From an uncultured Dehalococcoidia bacterium (GTDB lineage Bacteria; Chloroflexota; Dehalococcoidia; Dehalococcoidales; UBA1222), in contig CAIMVG010000009.1 in the NCBI GenBank assembly GCA_903844845.1, positions 8,204 through 72,203 on the forward strand: a DNA stretch of 64,000 nucleotides. The letters are read 5' to 3'. Positions 1 through 9,964 of the stretch are shown here, in pieces (positions within the stretch are counted from its first letter, which is position 1; each line of letters starts with the position of its first letter). Under the pieces are notes generated by a model. It was not told the DNA's origin, searched no databases, and worked only from the letters and a program-made list of their open reading frames with translations. The position numbers and the translations under genes were made by a program.

Positions 1-271
1 AATGGCGCGGAAGACAGGATATCGTCAAAAAGTAGTGGGGAGGGGGCAGTGTTTCCTTGCTGGTCAAGATTTCAATCGGGTCTCCGATGACATTGAAGGA
101 GGCTATAAAAACTTGGATCTAATGTTGGTCTAACAAAAATTGCTAATTTTAATTTGGCTCATTTGAAATGCAAACGGTAAAAACGAATCACCCATCATTC
201 GCCGATTGTTACTAAACGAGTGGTATTACCTGAACAGGATATGTCTATTCGGGTATTTACTAGATAAACCA

Positions 272-862
272 TCAGATTTTAGTTATATCAATCCTATTAG
301 CAATCGAAGCTTTTGAGAGATCTATTGCAAAATCGTCAATGGTCCTTAAAAATAGTTTGCCGTTTAAGTTTGTTACCGCTTTAGAAGATACACTGAGCTT
401 ATTATAGAGAGGTTGCGGCATATAAATAGCGGTGAAAGCTCTGAAAACGTACGACTTAGTCCTAACATCACCCCACTCTTTGGGGTCATTAAATAGTCCC
501 CAACCTATAGTTGGGGACAGAATGTGACCGCTTCCGCTGCTGATTAAGCGTTCCTTCGCTTTGAAACTTTTTACGGATACAATGACGTTAAATGGCTTAC
601 CAGCAATTGAGAAATCACCAATCCATTTCCATTTTTGGCCCATTGTTTCGTATGAATCTTTGCCCAGTGCACTTTCTAGGGCTAATTCACATAGTCTTTC
701 TGAAATAGTTCCGGTAGTTTTGCCATTAATTTTCTGGTTTATATTGAGTTTCCCGAGTTCATCAACGATATCGTTTATCCGTTGATATTTTTGGGCTTTG
801 TTCAGGTTGGCAATACCTAGTGAATTGTATACTGTATCTAATAATCTATCCGCTTCACTCAT
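272..862 (-). CDS. Putative type II restriction endonuclease-like PD-(D/E)xK nuclease
   Basis: E...GDF...VSVKSFKAKER resembles the SxKxxxRER catalytic/recognition motif of EcoRII-C/SsoII/NgoMIV-type enzymes; AT-rich DNA; ATG (MSEAD) at 862 preferred over the TTG at 928. Confidence 0.55.
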   Translation of the reverse strand: MSEADRLLDTVYNSLGIANLNKAQKYQRINDIVDELGKLNINQKINGKTTGTISERLCELALESALGKDSYETMGQKWKWIGDFSIAGKPFNVIVSVKSFKAKERLISSGSGHILSPTIGWGLFNDPKEWGDVRTKSYVFRAFTAIYMPQPLYNKLSVSSKAVTNLNGKLFLRTIDDFAIDLSKASIANRIDITKI

Positions 863-1314
863 CGTCGTAACCTTAAAAACATTGACGTTAGATGTATGTA
901 TTTTAACAATTATTGGTCGCCCGGGCAAAATTGGTCTTGAAATGGCTTGGATGCACAGTCTTGCTTGCCCGCTAAAATATCATTTAGTATCATTACGATA
1001 TTTATTGTGTGTATGAGTGCATTTCGTTATTTAAAAAAGGCTTACTCACTTAGATTACCTAGATGGATTTAAGTTCAAACCAAAGCCTATCTTGCTAATG
1101 GGTGATTGCACAAAAATTTGGATCGACAAACGGGCGCCAATTCTGAATTAAAAATTGAAAAAGGCTACCTTTGTATGTTTTTAACAAAGCAAGAATTCCA
1201 GTCTTTTTAGTATCCTGGGAACAGACGACAATGTTCGGTACATATTCTCATATTAGCCGTATTTTTATCAGAGGATAGCGAAATTAGCTTAAGGACTTTC
1301 TCATTGGCCTTCAA

Positions 1315-2022
1315 TCAACAACTCGGATTTAGTTCCTTGAATTGATTCCCCCAGTGTTTATCATTTAGGAGTGACCAAACACGTTCATTGATAAATACAT
1401 CATGCTTGGGGTGGATGATAAAGAAGAAATCCCGAATCGGATTAGTTTTCGCGCGGTAACCTCTAATTTCACAATTAAGGTCTCTTGTTAATGGCGTAAA
1501 TCTATGTAAATATTCCGGTTCCTTTTCACGACTACGTTGACTGTAAACAATGATAGTTTTTCCTTGACGGTAGTAATCTTCAATCTCGTCTCTAAAAGCA
1601 TATTTTTGCCCCGTTGTAGTCCCATATTCAACCTTTGGGGATTGAACGCTGTTGTCAGGGTCGAGAAAAACCAAGGAGCAATCCTTTAAACGCGTTAGTG
1701 CTTGTTGATGCCACTGGTTTCGCGCATCGAATCCGCCAGGAATTTCCTTCCTAAAGAAAACTGTCTTTCGAGGTAAGATTCCAATTTGCTCTATCTCCGA
1801 GACCGAACGATTTGGATGTCGAACGGTTTTCAATAGTTGGTTTAGAGTTGGGTCACAAACTGGCAATATGTTCCCAAAATCCGTTAGGTTGCCATGAGTT
1901 TTAGAATCCGGGCCAGTAAGGTACCAGTTTACCCCGAGTTGTTCATTAGCACTTTTAAATATGAACCTGAGCAACCCAAATTTGTAGAAATCTCCAATAT
2001 CGCCAACATATTGATTTTTCAT
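1315..2022 (-). CDS. Conserved hypothetical protein, possible RlmJ-like/amino-methyltransferase fold
   Basis: Starts MKNQYVGDIGDFYKFGLLR; VNWYLT and LVFLDPDN (DPPY-like) motifs; AT-rich. Confidence 0.5.
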   Translation of the reverse strand: MKNQYVGDIGDFYKFGLLRFIFKSANEQLGVNWYLTGPDSKTHGNLTDFGNILPVCDPTLNQLLKTVRHPNRSVSEIEQIGILPRKTVFFRKEIPGGFDARNQWHQQALTRLKDCSLVFLDPDNSVQSPKVEYGTTTGQKYAFRDEIEDYYRQGKTIIVYSQRSREKEPEYLHRFTPLTRDLNCEIRGYRAKTNPIRDFFFIIHPKHDVFINERVWSLLNDKHWGNQFKELNPSC

Positions 2023-2240
2023 TTTATAACATCCATTGCATGAGTGTAATTGGATAAGAACATTTACACAATCCCCCCTGTCACCCGCGCACTTAATGCT
2101 ATTTGCCAGATGTTTGTAGGTGCAATTTTCTATTCGGGTTTGCCAAGTGAAGTTCGGCTGAATTTGCATAATAAGAACAAATGTGCTACTTTGTATTTAT
2201 ACCCCATCGGCACTTATTTCTGGGCCGATTAACAATATGA

Positions 2241-2565
2241 GCTATCAGCTGTCAGCACTCAGCGGTCAGCTTATTAAATAATATAAAGAACAACTTGGGA
2301 AAACCCCTTTAACCCGCCGGAAAAAACCGATTTGTTTTGTTAGAACGAAAAACGAATACCATGCCTGAACCCATTTTACTCACGCACGAGAAATTGATTC
2401 GTTTCCTTAAAAAGACGCTTTGATTGTGCTTACATAACGTGACTACAATTCGACTGTCGATTTGACCCAAACGATTCACGGCGATCAGCTTTCAGCTATC
2501 AGCGCTCAGCGCTCAGTAACCAGGAAATGGATCCCGGATACTGCAGTTCCGGGATGACAGGTGTG
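2241..2565. repeat. Heptamer tandems (TCAGCnn)n plus GGATCCCGG...CCGGGATGAC hairpin repeat
   Basis: gctatcagctgtcagcactcagcggtcagc 2241-2270; similar tandem about 2483-2516; hairpin module 2524-2561 recurs at about 3884 and 11893. Confidence 0.8.
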
Positions 2566-2959
2566 AGTAGGAGTAAGTTCGAATATCGTGCCTGACCGAG
2601 ACCTCAGAACAGCAAAATCGTTTCCTCAGATAAATCTCGCGATTTCCTCCCGCAAGGGACACCGATCGGGACGTTTAGATGACACCGGCGATCAGCTGCC
2701 TGACCCGCCAGAGGCGGACCTAAGGGCATGTAGGGAGGGCACGGACGAGCTATCAGCGTGCAGCATTGAGATGTGCGACATTCGTGCCTAAAATATTGAC
2801 AATCATTGGCATAAAGTCTATGTTTATTGATATTAATCACGATGAAGACAGGCGACATAGGGTTTTGTATCTATGAAGTCCCTCTTCTTGTTGACATCTG
2901 CTATATAATTCATGTTAGGCAGGTATACCTGATCTGGCAGGGACACCGGGAGGCGCCAA

Positions 2960-3274
2960 GTGGAGAAAATCAACCCCTACTTTGAATTGACTTACAACGT
3001 AAAAAAAGAGGGTAAAAATTGGCTGGCTTCATGTGTAGAGCTTGGGACTTCTGTGTACGGCAAATCAGCCAAAGACGCAAAGAACAAACTGCAGGAAGCT
3101 ATTTCTTGCCATATTGAAACACTCCGAGATGTCGGTGAATTGGATAGGTTTTTCAAAGAAAACGGAATAGTCATTCACCCCGGTGATGCCGGTAAGATTT
3201 CTAAAACCAAGGACTTTACACCGATCGATGGCCCCGAGACCACCCAGCGTGTGAAAGTTTACGCTGGCTGTTAG
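2960..3274 (+). CDS. hicB: HicB family antitoxin
   Basis: KEGKNWLASCVELGTSVYGKSAKDAKNKLQEAI = HicB N-terminal partial RNase H fold; GGAGG RBS, GTG start. Confidence 0.8.
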   Translation: MEKINPYFELTYNVKKEGKNWLASCVELGTSVYGKSAKDAKNKLQEAISCHIETLRDVGELDRFFKENGIVIHPGDAGKISKTKDFTPIDGPETTQRVKVYAGC

Positions 3275-3277
3275 GGG

Positions 3278-3541
3278 TTGTATAACAGCATTCCCCCTAT
3301 CAGCGGCGACCAACTCATTGCTTTGCTCAAGTTAGATGGCTGGGCTTCCGGCCGCAAGACAAGGCATGGAATTTCTCTTACAAAATACCTGGAAGCCGAA
3401 AAACGCACTCTAGTCACGTTTGTTCCATCGGATAATAAACCACTCCCGATTGGCACTTTACATGATATTCTGAGCATGAAACAAACCAGAGTCGGATCCA
3501 GCGGCTTAGTCGATCTGCTCAATACATTTGGTATTCCGTAG
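3278..3541 (+). CDS. hicA: HicA family toxin (mRNA interferase)
   Basis: PPISGDQLIALLKLDGW...VP...LPIGTLHDIL is the HicA pattern; 3 nt after hicB. Confidence 0.75.
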   Translation: MYNSIPPISGDQLIALLKLDGWASGRKTRHGISLTKYLEAEKRTLVTFVPSDNKPLPIGTLHDILSMKQTRVGSSGLVDLLNTFGIP

Positions 3542-3549
3542 GCCCTCTT

Positions 3550-4400
3550 TATCCTGGATCCCTAGAGGACACGCTCGAGGACAAGAACACCCGAGCCTCG
3601 GGTGCCCCCCAGGTTCGATTCGATATATTGGGGCATGATTGACAAGCCGTTTGTAGGGGCACGGCGCGCCGTGCCCCTACCCTGACAATCAAAAAGAGCC
3701 CCGACAATACAGACACCAGCGTTCGAAATACTTTATTCTGGATTCCCGAGGCTGCGGCTCGGGAATGACACCGCCCCATCGTTGTTCCGCCTAGGCGGAT
3801 CGGGCTCGACCCGACAATTCATTGTTCCGAGCAACGACATTTAGTATTGTCTTTCTGTGCTCGATCCGCCTAGGCGGACAGAGGAAATGGATCCCGGATA
3901 CTGCGGTTCCGGGATGACAGGGGGGAGTTGGGGCGGTCAGCCTTCAGAACAAATTTTCCGTTGGTAGGAAATAGTCGTGAATGGTCGTGAAATGCGCCCC
4001 TGTTCCGCCTGGGCGGATCGGGCTCGCCTCGGGATGTTCCCCGAGGTCCCGAGGCTGCGGCTCGGGAATGACCGGGGCTTTTTCGTGCCCCAACCCCACC
4101 AATCGACTCTGGATTCCGGCTGTCGCGCCGGAATGACAAAAGCGCTCCCCGGCATGACAGGCGGGAGTAGGGGCCGGGCACGAGATTGCCGCGTCGCTGC
4201 GCTCCTCGCAATGACACATCCCATACCCCGTCATTGTCGGGTTTGACCCGACAATCCAATTCTCCGTCCGATGACATTTAGTATTGTCTCGCTGCGCTCG
4301 ACAAGGAAGCGGAAATGGATCCCCGGGTCTGCGGCCCGAGGATGACAGAACGATACGGGAGGAGAAAACCGCCCACCCACACCCTGGTTGTGGGGAAGAA
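3550..4400. repeat. Composite cluster of REP-like palindromic modules
   Basis: GTAG-type tgtaggggcacggcgcgccgtgcccctac 3652-3680; TCCGCCTAGGCGGA 3786 and 3865; gagattgccgcgtcgctgcgctcctcgcaatgac 4182-4215; gtcattgtcgggtttgacccgacaatcca 4230-4258; catttagtattgtctcgctgcgctcga 4275. Confidence 0.85.
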
Positions 4401-4452
4401 AACACAACATAGGCTATAATCAACCTGAATATTCAGGAGGGTTTTCCCTGTA

Positions 4453-6237
4453 ATGGCATTTCTTAACCTGCAAGGCGTCAGCCTGGCCTTTAACGGCACC
4501 GTCATTTTCGACGACATCCGCCTGACCGTCGAGGCTGGTGAAAAGGTCGCCCTGGTGGGACGCAACGGGTCCGGCAAGTCGACTCTGCTCAAACTGATCG
4601 CGGGCGGCGTCCGGCCTGATTTCGGCACCATCGCCATCCAGAAAGGCATCCGCGCCGCCTATTTGGACCAGGAAGTTCCTTGCGAGATGCCGGGCACGGT
4701 TTTCGAAGCCGTAAGGGGCGGGTTGAAGGCGCATCCCCATGAACACGAAGCCGCCCTCGACCAGCGCGCCGAGAAAGCCATCTCGCAACTGGGGCTGAAT
4801 GGTGAATGGGTCAATAACGGCCTTTCCGCAGGCACCAAACGCAAGGTACTGCTGGCCAAAGCTCTGGCCACCGAACCGGACATACTCCTGCTCGACGAGC
4901 CCACCAACCACCTGGATATAGAATCCATCGGCCGCCTGGAAGAATTGATAATCAAGTTCAAGGGCGCCCTGGTATTCGTCACCCATGACCGCATGTTCCT
5001 CCAGAACATCGCCACGCGCATCGTTGAGATAGACCGCGGCAGGCTGTTCGACCAGGTTTGCGACTACAGGACTTTCCTCGAACGGCGCACCGCCGACAGG
5101 GAGATAGAGCTGACACAGAATGCCCTGTTCGACAAAAAGCTGGTTAAAGAGGAAGCCTGGAGGCGCAAAGGCGTACAGGCGCGCGGCACGCGCAATGAAG
5201 GCCGCGTCCGTGAACTGGAAAAATTGCGGAACATCCGAGGGGAGCGACGGGAGGCTCCCGGGACCGTCAAGCTGGAAGCCCGGGACGCCGAACGCTCCGG
5301 CAAGCTGGTCGCCGAGGCCGCCGATGTCAGTTTCAACTACGCCGGCAAACCCATCATCTCGCACCTTTCCACGGTTATCATGAAAGGCGACAGGGTCGGC
5401 ATCCTGGGGCTGAACGGCAGCGGCAAGACTACACTACTCAAATTGCTCCTCGGGCAGCTCAAGCCCGATTCAGGGAGCATCAAACTGGGCACCAATCTCC
5501 AGATCAGCTATTTCGACCAGCTGCGCGAACAGCTGGATGAGAACAAGACCGTCCAGGAAAATGTGGTGGAGAATAAGCGGGACACCGTGACCGTCAACGG
5601 GCAAGACCGGCACATCATCGGCTATATGCAAGATTTTCTTTTTTCCCCTGAACAGGTGAGGTCTTATGTTTCGACGCTGTCGGGAGGGGAACGCAACCGC
5701 CTTCTGCTGGCCCGGCTGTTTACAAGGCCTTCCAATCTGCTGGTCATGGACGAACCGACCAACGACCTGGACATAGAGACGATAGAAGTGCTGGAAGATT
5801 ATTTGATGACCTATACGGGGACGGTGCTGCTGGTCAGCCATGATAGGGCGTTCCTGAACAACGTCGTCACCGGCACGCTGGTTTTCGAAGGCGCGGGTGC
5901 GGTCAACAGGTATGTCGGCGGATATGACGATTGGCTCGCCCAGCGCCCCGCCGAAGCTAAACCCGTGAAGGCCCCGAAGCCGCCCCCGCAGGTAAAGGTC
6001 CTTACTCCGAAAGTGAAATTCGGGCCTCGCCAGCAGAAAGAACTGGACGCTCTGACGCTGAGCATCCAGGCGCTGGAAAAAGAGCAGGAGACACTGTACA
6101 AAGAGATGGGCGAGCCTGAGCTGTACAAAAATGATAAAGCCGCTATCCTCGGCAAACAGGAACGGCTCGAAGAAGTTATTGCGGCGCTCAATGAGGCTTA
6201 TACACGCTGGGAGGGGTTGGAGGAGTTGAGGGGGTAG
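4453..6237 (+). CDS. uup: ABC-F family ATPase (Uup type)
   Basis: Two NBDs (GRNGSGKS, GLNGSGKT; LLLDEPTNHLD, LSGGE..MDEPTNDLD), linker KGVQARGTRNEGRVREL, C-terminal coiled coil. Confidence 0.9.
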   Translation: MAFLNLQGVSLAFNGTVIFDDIRLTVEAGEKVALVGRNGSGKSTLLKLIAGGVRPDFGTIAIQKGIRAAYLDQEVPCEMPGTVFEAVRGGLKAHPHEHEAALDQRAEKAISQLGLNGEWVNNGLSAGTKRKVLLAKALATEPDILLLDEPTNHLDIESIGRLEELIIKFKGALVFVTHDRMFLQNIATRIVEIDRGRLFDQVCDYRTFLERRTADREIELTQNALFDKKLVKEEAWRRKGVQARGTRNEGRVRELEKLRNIRGERREAPGTVKLEARDAERSGKLVAEAADVSFNYAGKPIISHLSTVIMKGDRVGILGLNGSGKTTLLKLLLGQLKPDSGSIKLGTNLQISYFDQLREQLDENKTVQENVVENKRDTVTVNGQDRHIIGYMQDFLFSPEQVRSYVSTLSGGERNRLLLARLFTRPSNLLVMDEPTNDLDIETIEVLEDYLMTYTGTVLLVSHDRAFLNNVVTGTLVFEGAGAVNRYVGGYDDWLAQRPAEAKPVKAPKPPPQVKVLTPKVKFGPRQQKELDALTLSIQALEKEQETLYKEMGEPELYKNDKAAILGKQERLEEVIAALNEAYTRWEGLEELRG

Positions 6238-6239
6238 GA

Positions 6240-6890
6240 AGCTTTCAGCTATCAGCTATCAGCGGTCAGCTCCTCGTTGTTCCGCCTAGGCGGATCGAGC
6301 TTGCCTCGACAATCCATTCGTCCGAGTGACGACATTTAGTATTGTCTCGCTGCGCTCGACAAGGAAGCGGTAATGGATCCCCGGGTCTGCGGCCCGAGGA
6401 TGACAATAATGTTTAATGACAGCGAAGCACAATTGTCTGTCGATCAAAAAATCCCCGATCATTGTCGGGCTCGACCCGACAATCCATTTCCATTACTTTG
6501 TCGCGCCGACAAACACTATTGTCATGCCGGAAGGGCATCCGGCATCCAGCTCCATTACTTTGGAGGGCTCGTGAGCCCGTAAAAGCAACAGATAACGTTC
6601 CATCGTTTCCCTTCCCCCGCATTGCCTCGCGTTGTCATTGTCGAGCTTGACTCGACAATCCAGGCACCAGGTGCGACGGCATTTAGTATTATCTCGCTGC
6701 GCTCGATTAACTAATGGAGTGGACCCCTCGAGTAGCCGCTCGAGGGCAAGAACCTCGGGGAAGACGCCCGAGGCCCGGATACCGCGATTCCGGGATGACA
6801 GGGGGGAGTAGGGTAGGGTAACCATGGTCCCACACCACCCCACCGGTAGTTCCGCCTAGGCGGATCGGACTAGATCCGACAATCCAGATG
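6240..6890. repeat. Composite cluster of REP-like palindromic modules
   Basis: Heptamer tandem 6241-6270; TCCGCCTAGGCGGA 6281 and 6851; 6331-6405 nearly identical to 4273-4348; 6521-6565 is the reverse complement of about 11598-11642. Confidence 0.85.
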
Positions 6891-6963
6891 CAAACGTGTG
6901 AGGTTGACTGTTTATCGGCAAGCCGTTATTGTATATAAAACCATATATAAAGCAATAATTGTT

Positions 6964-7458
6964 ATGAAACTTTCCGCAGTGACTGCAACCATCGCCTCGA
7001 TAATCGTTTTATCGGCCCTTTTGCAAACCTCATGTTCCGCGCAAAAGCAGCCAACGCCCGGCGACCAGTATATCCCTCCGGGTTATTACAATTGCACCGT
7101 GACCACACCGGTAAATCTTTGCAAAGCGTATTTTGAAAGCTCTCATAATATAACCGCCGGGTTGGAATATACTAACCAGGTTTTTGTCTTCAAGGACATG
7201 GTTATCACCGGCGATGAGCTTAAGTCGGCTACAGATGGATACCTGTGGCTGGAAAACCTGGTCCAGTGCTATTTTCTGATCGGCGGAACTCTGCAGCGAT
7301 TGAAGGCCGGGGAAAAGGTCGATGTAGTTGGGGTGGATGCGGGGCCTTCCAAGGAATTCCCGAATTTGCTGGTTTTCAGCGGGTGTATCTTCCTGCCTGC
7401 GGGCTCGGTGCAGATACCGGCGCCGGGTTCATCGGGGCTGGTTTTTCCGTCGTATTGA
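6964..7458 (+). CDS. Lipoprotein, possible OB-fold (tRNA_anti-like) domain
   Basis: Signal peptide ending LLQTSC; VQCYF...LKAGEKVDVVG...FSGC resembles OB-fold lipoproteins. Confidence 0.6.
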   Translation: MKLSAVTATIASIIVLSALLQTSCSAQKQPTPGDQYIPPGYYNCTVTTPVNLCKAYFESSHNITAGLEYTNQVFVFKDMVITGDELKSATDGYLWLENLVQCYFLIGGTLQRLKAGEKVDVVGVDAGPSKEFPNLLVFSGCIFLPAGSVQIPAPGSSGLVFPSY

Positions 7459-7484
7459 AGGGGGGCTGATACCGCCCATCATGC

Positions 7485-7685
7485 TCCCGTTCCGCCTAGG
7501 CGGATCGAGCTCGCCTTGGGATGTTCCCCGAGGTTCTTGCACTCGAGGCTCGAGTGCCTCGACAATCCAGACACCAGAGTTCAGGCTATCTTATTCTGGC
7601 CCGGGTCACGGCCCGGGATGACAGTGGGGAGTAGGGGAGGGGAACGAGATTGCCGCGTCGCAATGCTCCTCGCAAAGACAACGAG
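7485..7685. repeat. Composite REP-like repeat cluster
   Basis: TCCGCCTAGGCGGA 7491; gctcgccttgggatgttccccgagg; actcgaggctcgagtg; gagattgccgcgtcgc..ctcctcgcaa. Confidence 0.8.
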
Positions 7686-7698
7686 AGCACCTGCTCGT

Positions 7699-9507
7699 TT
7701 AAATCACCAGCGGATCGGCGTCCGCCGGCCGGTTCGAACCTTCGAAAGCCGATATGCGAGCGGGTTTTTCAACCACGCTCAACGTCACCGAATTCTTGCG
7801 CAGCCGGATTTTCCCGGCTTTGGCCAGCACCTGCTCGGAATACTGCCGGGGTATATCCACCGTGGTATTTTTGTCGCCTATCCTGATGGCGCCGATGGAA
7901 CTGCCGGGGATGTCCGCGAAACGGGCGATGGTCCCCACCACATCGGCGGGCGTAATGCCGTGGGCTTTCCCCGCGTTGATGGTCATCCGCACCATCCCGG
8001 CTTCATGGGAAGTATGCGACGATTCCCTGCGCCCTGTAGCCCCCTCCCTGGCTTCATGAGGGGTGCGGGTACTGCTGCGGACAGCATCTCTCTGACCAAT
8101 TTCATGAGAAATACGCGATAACGGGCGCCCGGCATCCCTCGCGGGCCGTTTGAACTCGGGCGCGGGCCTTGTCCTGCGTTCTTCCGTAAACTCCTTGACG
8201 GGCGGGATCTCCCGGTTGATCTCCTGCCCGCGGGCTACTTTCAAGGCCATGGCCGCGATTTGAAGCGGGTCGTGGCCTTTTTCTACGAGTTTGTTGACGA
8301 ATTTAAGCTCTTTCTCGCAATCGCCGAGCTTCAACAATTCTATCATCTGGTCCAAAAGCTTCGCTTCGCGGTGTTTCTCGATATCCTCCGGTTTCGGGAT
8401 GGGGATGCGGGTGATGGCCTGTTTCGTAAAGCGTTCTATCTGCTGGAGGTGCCACTTGTCCTGCCCCGTTAGCAGGGAGATGGCGACCCCTTTTTTACCC
8501 GCTCTTCCGGTGCGCCCGACACGGTGCACGTATAATTCGGGGTCGTCGGGCAGGTCGAAGTTGAAGACATGCGAGATGTCTTCGATGTCCAGCCCGCGGG
8601 CCGCCACGTCCGTGGCTACCAGTATCTTTATCTGATTGTTGCGGAAGCGCTTCAGTACCTGTTCCCGTGTTTGCTGGCTCAGGTCGCCGCTCAGGGCTTC
8701 GGCGGGAAAACCGTGGGCCACAAGCTGGGTCACGAGGTCGCCCGTGCCGGCGCGCGTCCTTACGAAGATGATGGCGCTGGGGATGTCTTCGAGCTCGAAG
8801 ATGCGGGTGAGGACGGCGATTTTCTCATCCCTTTTGTTGACCATACAGTAGCGGTGGTCGATGGCGTCGACGGTCAGGTGGTCGCTTTTGATGCTGACCG
8901 ATTTCGGGGCTTTCATGAATTTTTTGGCGACTGTGCCGAGCCTCGGCGGGATGGTGGCCGAAAAGAGGGCGGTTTGATGAGCTGCGGGGACGGTGGCGAG
9001 TATCTCTTCGATGTCCTCGATGAAACCCATGCTGAGCATCTCGTCGGCTTCGTCGAGCACCACGGTTTTCACGTGGCTGAGGTCGAGTTCCCTTTTGGCT
9101 ATGAGGTCTTTCAACCGACCCGGGGTGCCGATGACGATATCCACGCCCTGCCTGAGGCGGTTGATCTGGGGGCTGTAAGGCTGGCCTCCGTATACCGCCA
9201 GGACGCGTACAGCCAGGCCTTTGCCCAGTTCGTTCGAGGCATCCGCAACCTGAAGTGCCAGTTCCCGCGTGGGGGCCAGGACGAGGGCTTTGATGCCCCG
9301 CTGGGCTTTGTCCATCGTTTGCAGGATGGGCAGGATGAAAGCCGCGGTTTTCCCCGTGCCTGTCTGGGCCTGGCCGATGACGTCATGCCCTTCGAGCATC
9401 AGCGGGATGACCTGTGTCTGGATGGGGGTGGGGGCGGTGTAGCCGAGGTCGGTTACGGACTGTTCAAGCTGGGGGATGAGGCCTAATTGTGAAAATTCGG
9501 TTGTCAT
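7699..9507 (-). CDS. deaD: DEAD-box RNA helicase with DbpA-type C-terminal RNA-binding domain
   Basis: Q motif, AQTGTGKT, PTRELA, LDEADEM, SAT, TDVAARGLD, HRVGRTGRAG; C-terminal GKAHGITPADVVGTI. Confidence 0.92.
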   Translation of the reverse strand: MTTEFSQLGLIPQLEQSVTDLGYTAPTPIQTQVIPLMLEGHDVIGQAQTGTGKTAAFILPILQTMDKAQRGIKALVLAPTRELALQVADASNELGKGLAVRVLAVYGGQPYSPQINRLRQGVDIVIGTPGRLKDLIAKRELDLSHVKTVVLDEADEMLSMGFIEDIEEILATVPAAHQTALFSATIPPRLGTVAKKFMKAPKSVSIKSDHLTVDAIDHRYCMVNKRDEKIAVLTRIFELEDIPSAIIFVRTRAGTGDLVTQLVAHGFPAEALSGDLSQQTREQVLKRFRNNQIKILVATDVAARGLDIEDISHVFNFDLPDDPELYVHRVGRTGRAGKKGVAISLLTGQDKWHLQQIERFTKQAITRIPIPKPEDIEKHREAKLLDQMIELLKLGDCEKELKFVNKLVEKGHDPLQIAAMALKVARGQEINREIPPVKEFTEERRTRPAPEFKRPARDAGRPLSRISHEIGQRDAVRSSTRTPHEAREGATGRRESSHTSHEAGMVRMTINAGKAHGITPADVVGTIARFADIPGSSIGAIRIGDKNTTVDIPRQYSEQVLAKAGKIRLRKNSVTLSVVEKPARISAFEGSNRPADADPLVI

Positions 9508-9649
9508 AATGTTTCCTGTTTAAATGCCTTAAAGTCCACGCGGGCCTGGTTTCATCGTTGGTTTCAACGGGTTGACCCTGGAGGGGAGTTGAGGGACCTG
9601 TTCTCAATTCACGTGGCCTTTATTAGTTTAACATAAATTGGACGGGGGC

Positions 9650-9915
9650 ATTGCTTTAGCATTCAGCTGTCGGCGGTCAGCTTTCAGAACCGGGAAATGG
9701 ACCCCGGGTCTCGGCCCGGGGTGACAGGGGGGAGTAGGGGAGGGGCCCCATGGCCTCACACGGTACTACGGTTGTTCTTGTACTCGAGGCTCGAGTGACC
9801 CGACAATCCAGATACCAGCGTTAGGGTTACCTTATTCTGGATTCCCGGGTCTCGACGCCCGGGAATGACCCCAAACCACCCACGATCCGCCAAGGCGGAC
9901 TGCGCTCATCGCAAA
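9650..9915. repeat. Composite REP-like repeat cluster
   Basis: Heptamer tandem; ggaccccgggtctcggcccggggtgac; actcgaggctcgagtgacccgacaatcca; ggattcccgggtctcgacgcccgggaatgac; tccgccaaggcgga 9886. Confidence 0.8.
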
Positions 9916-9964
9916 TAACAACGAGGGACGCGAGGTCAAATTGAAAGCAGAATAGGGACGCTTG

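Noticed and set aside
3549-4423. Several 76-159 aa ORFs (e.g. containing CHCEERSDAAIS), also at 6373-6843 and 11412-11999
   Set aside because: They are translations of the palindromic repeat modules, with no RBS or domain signal
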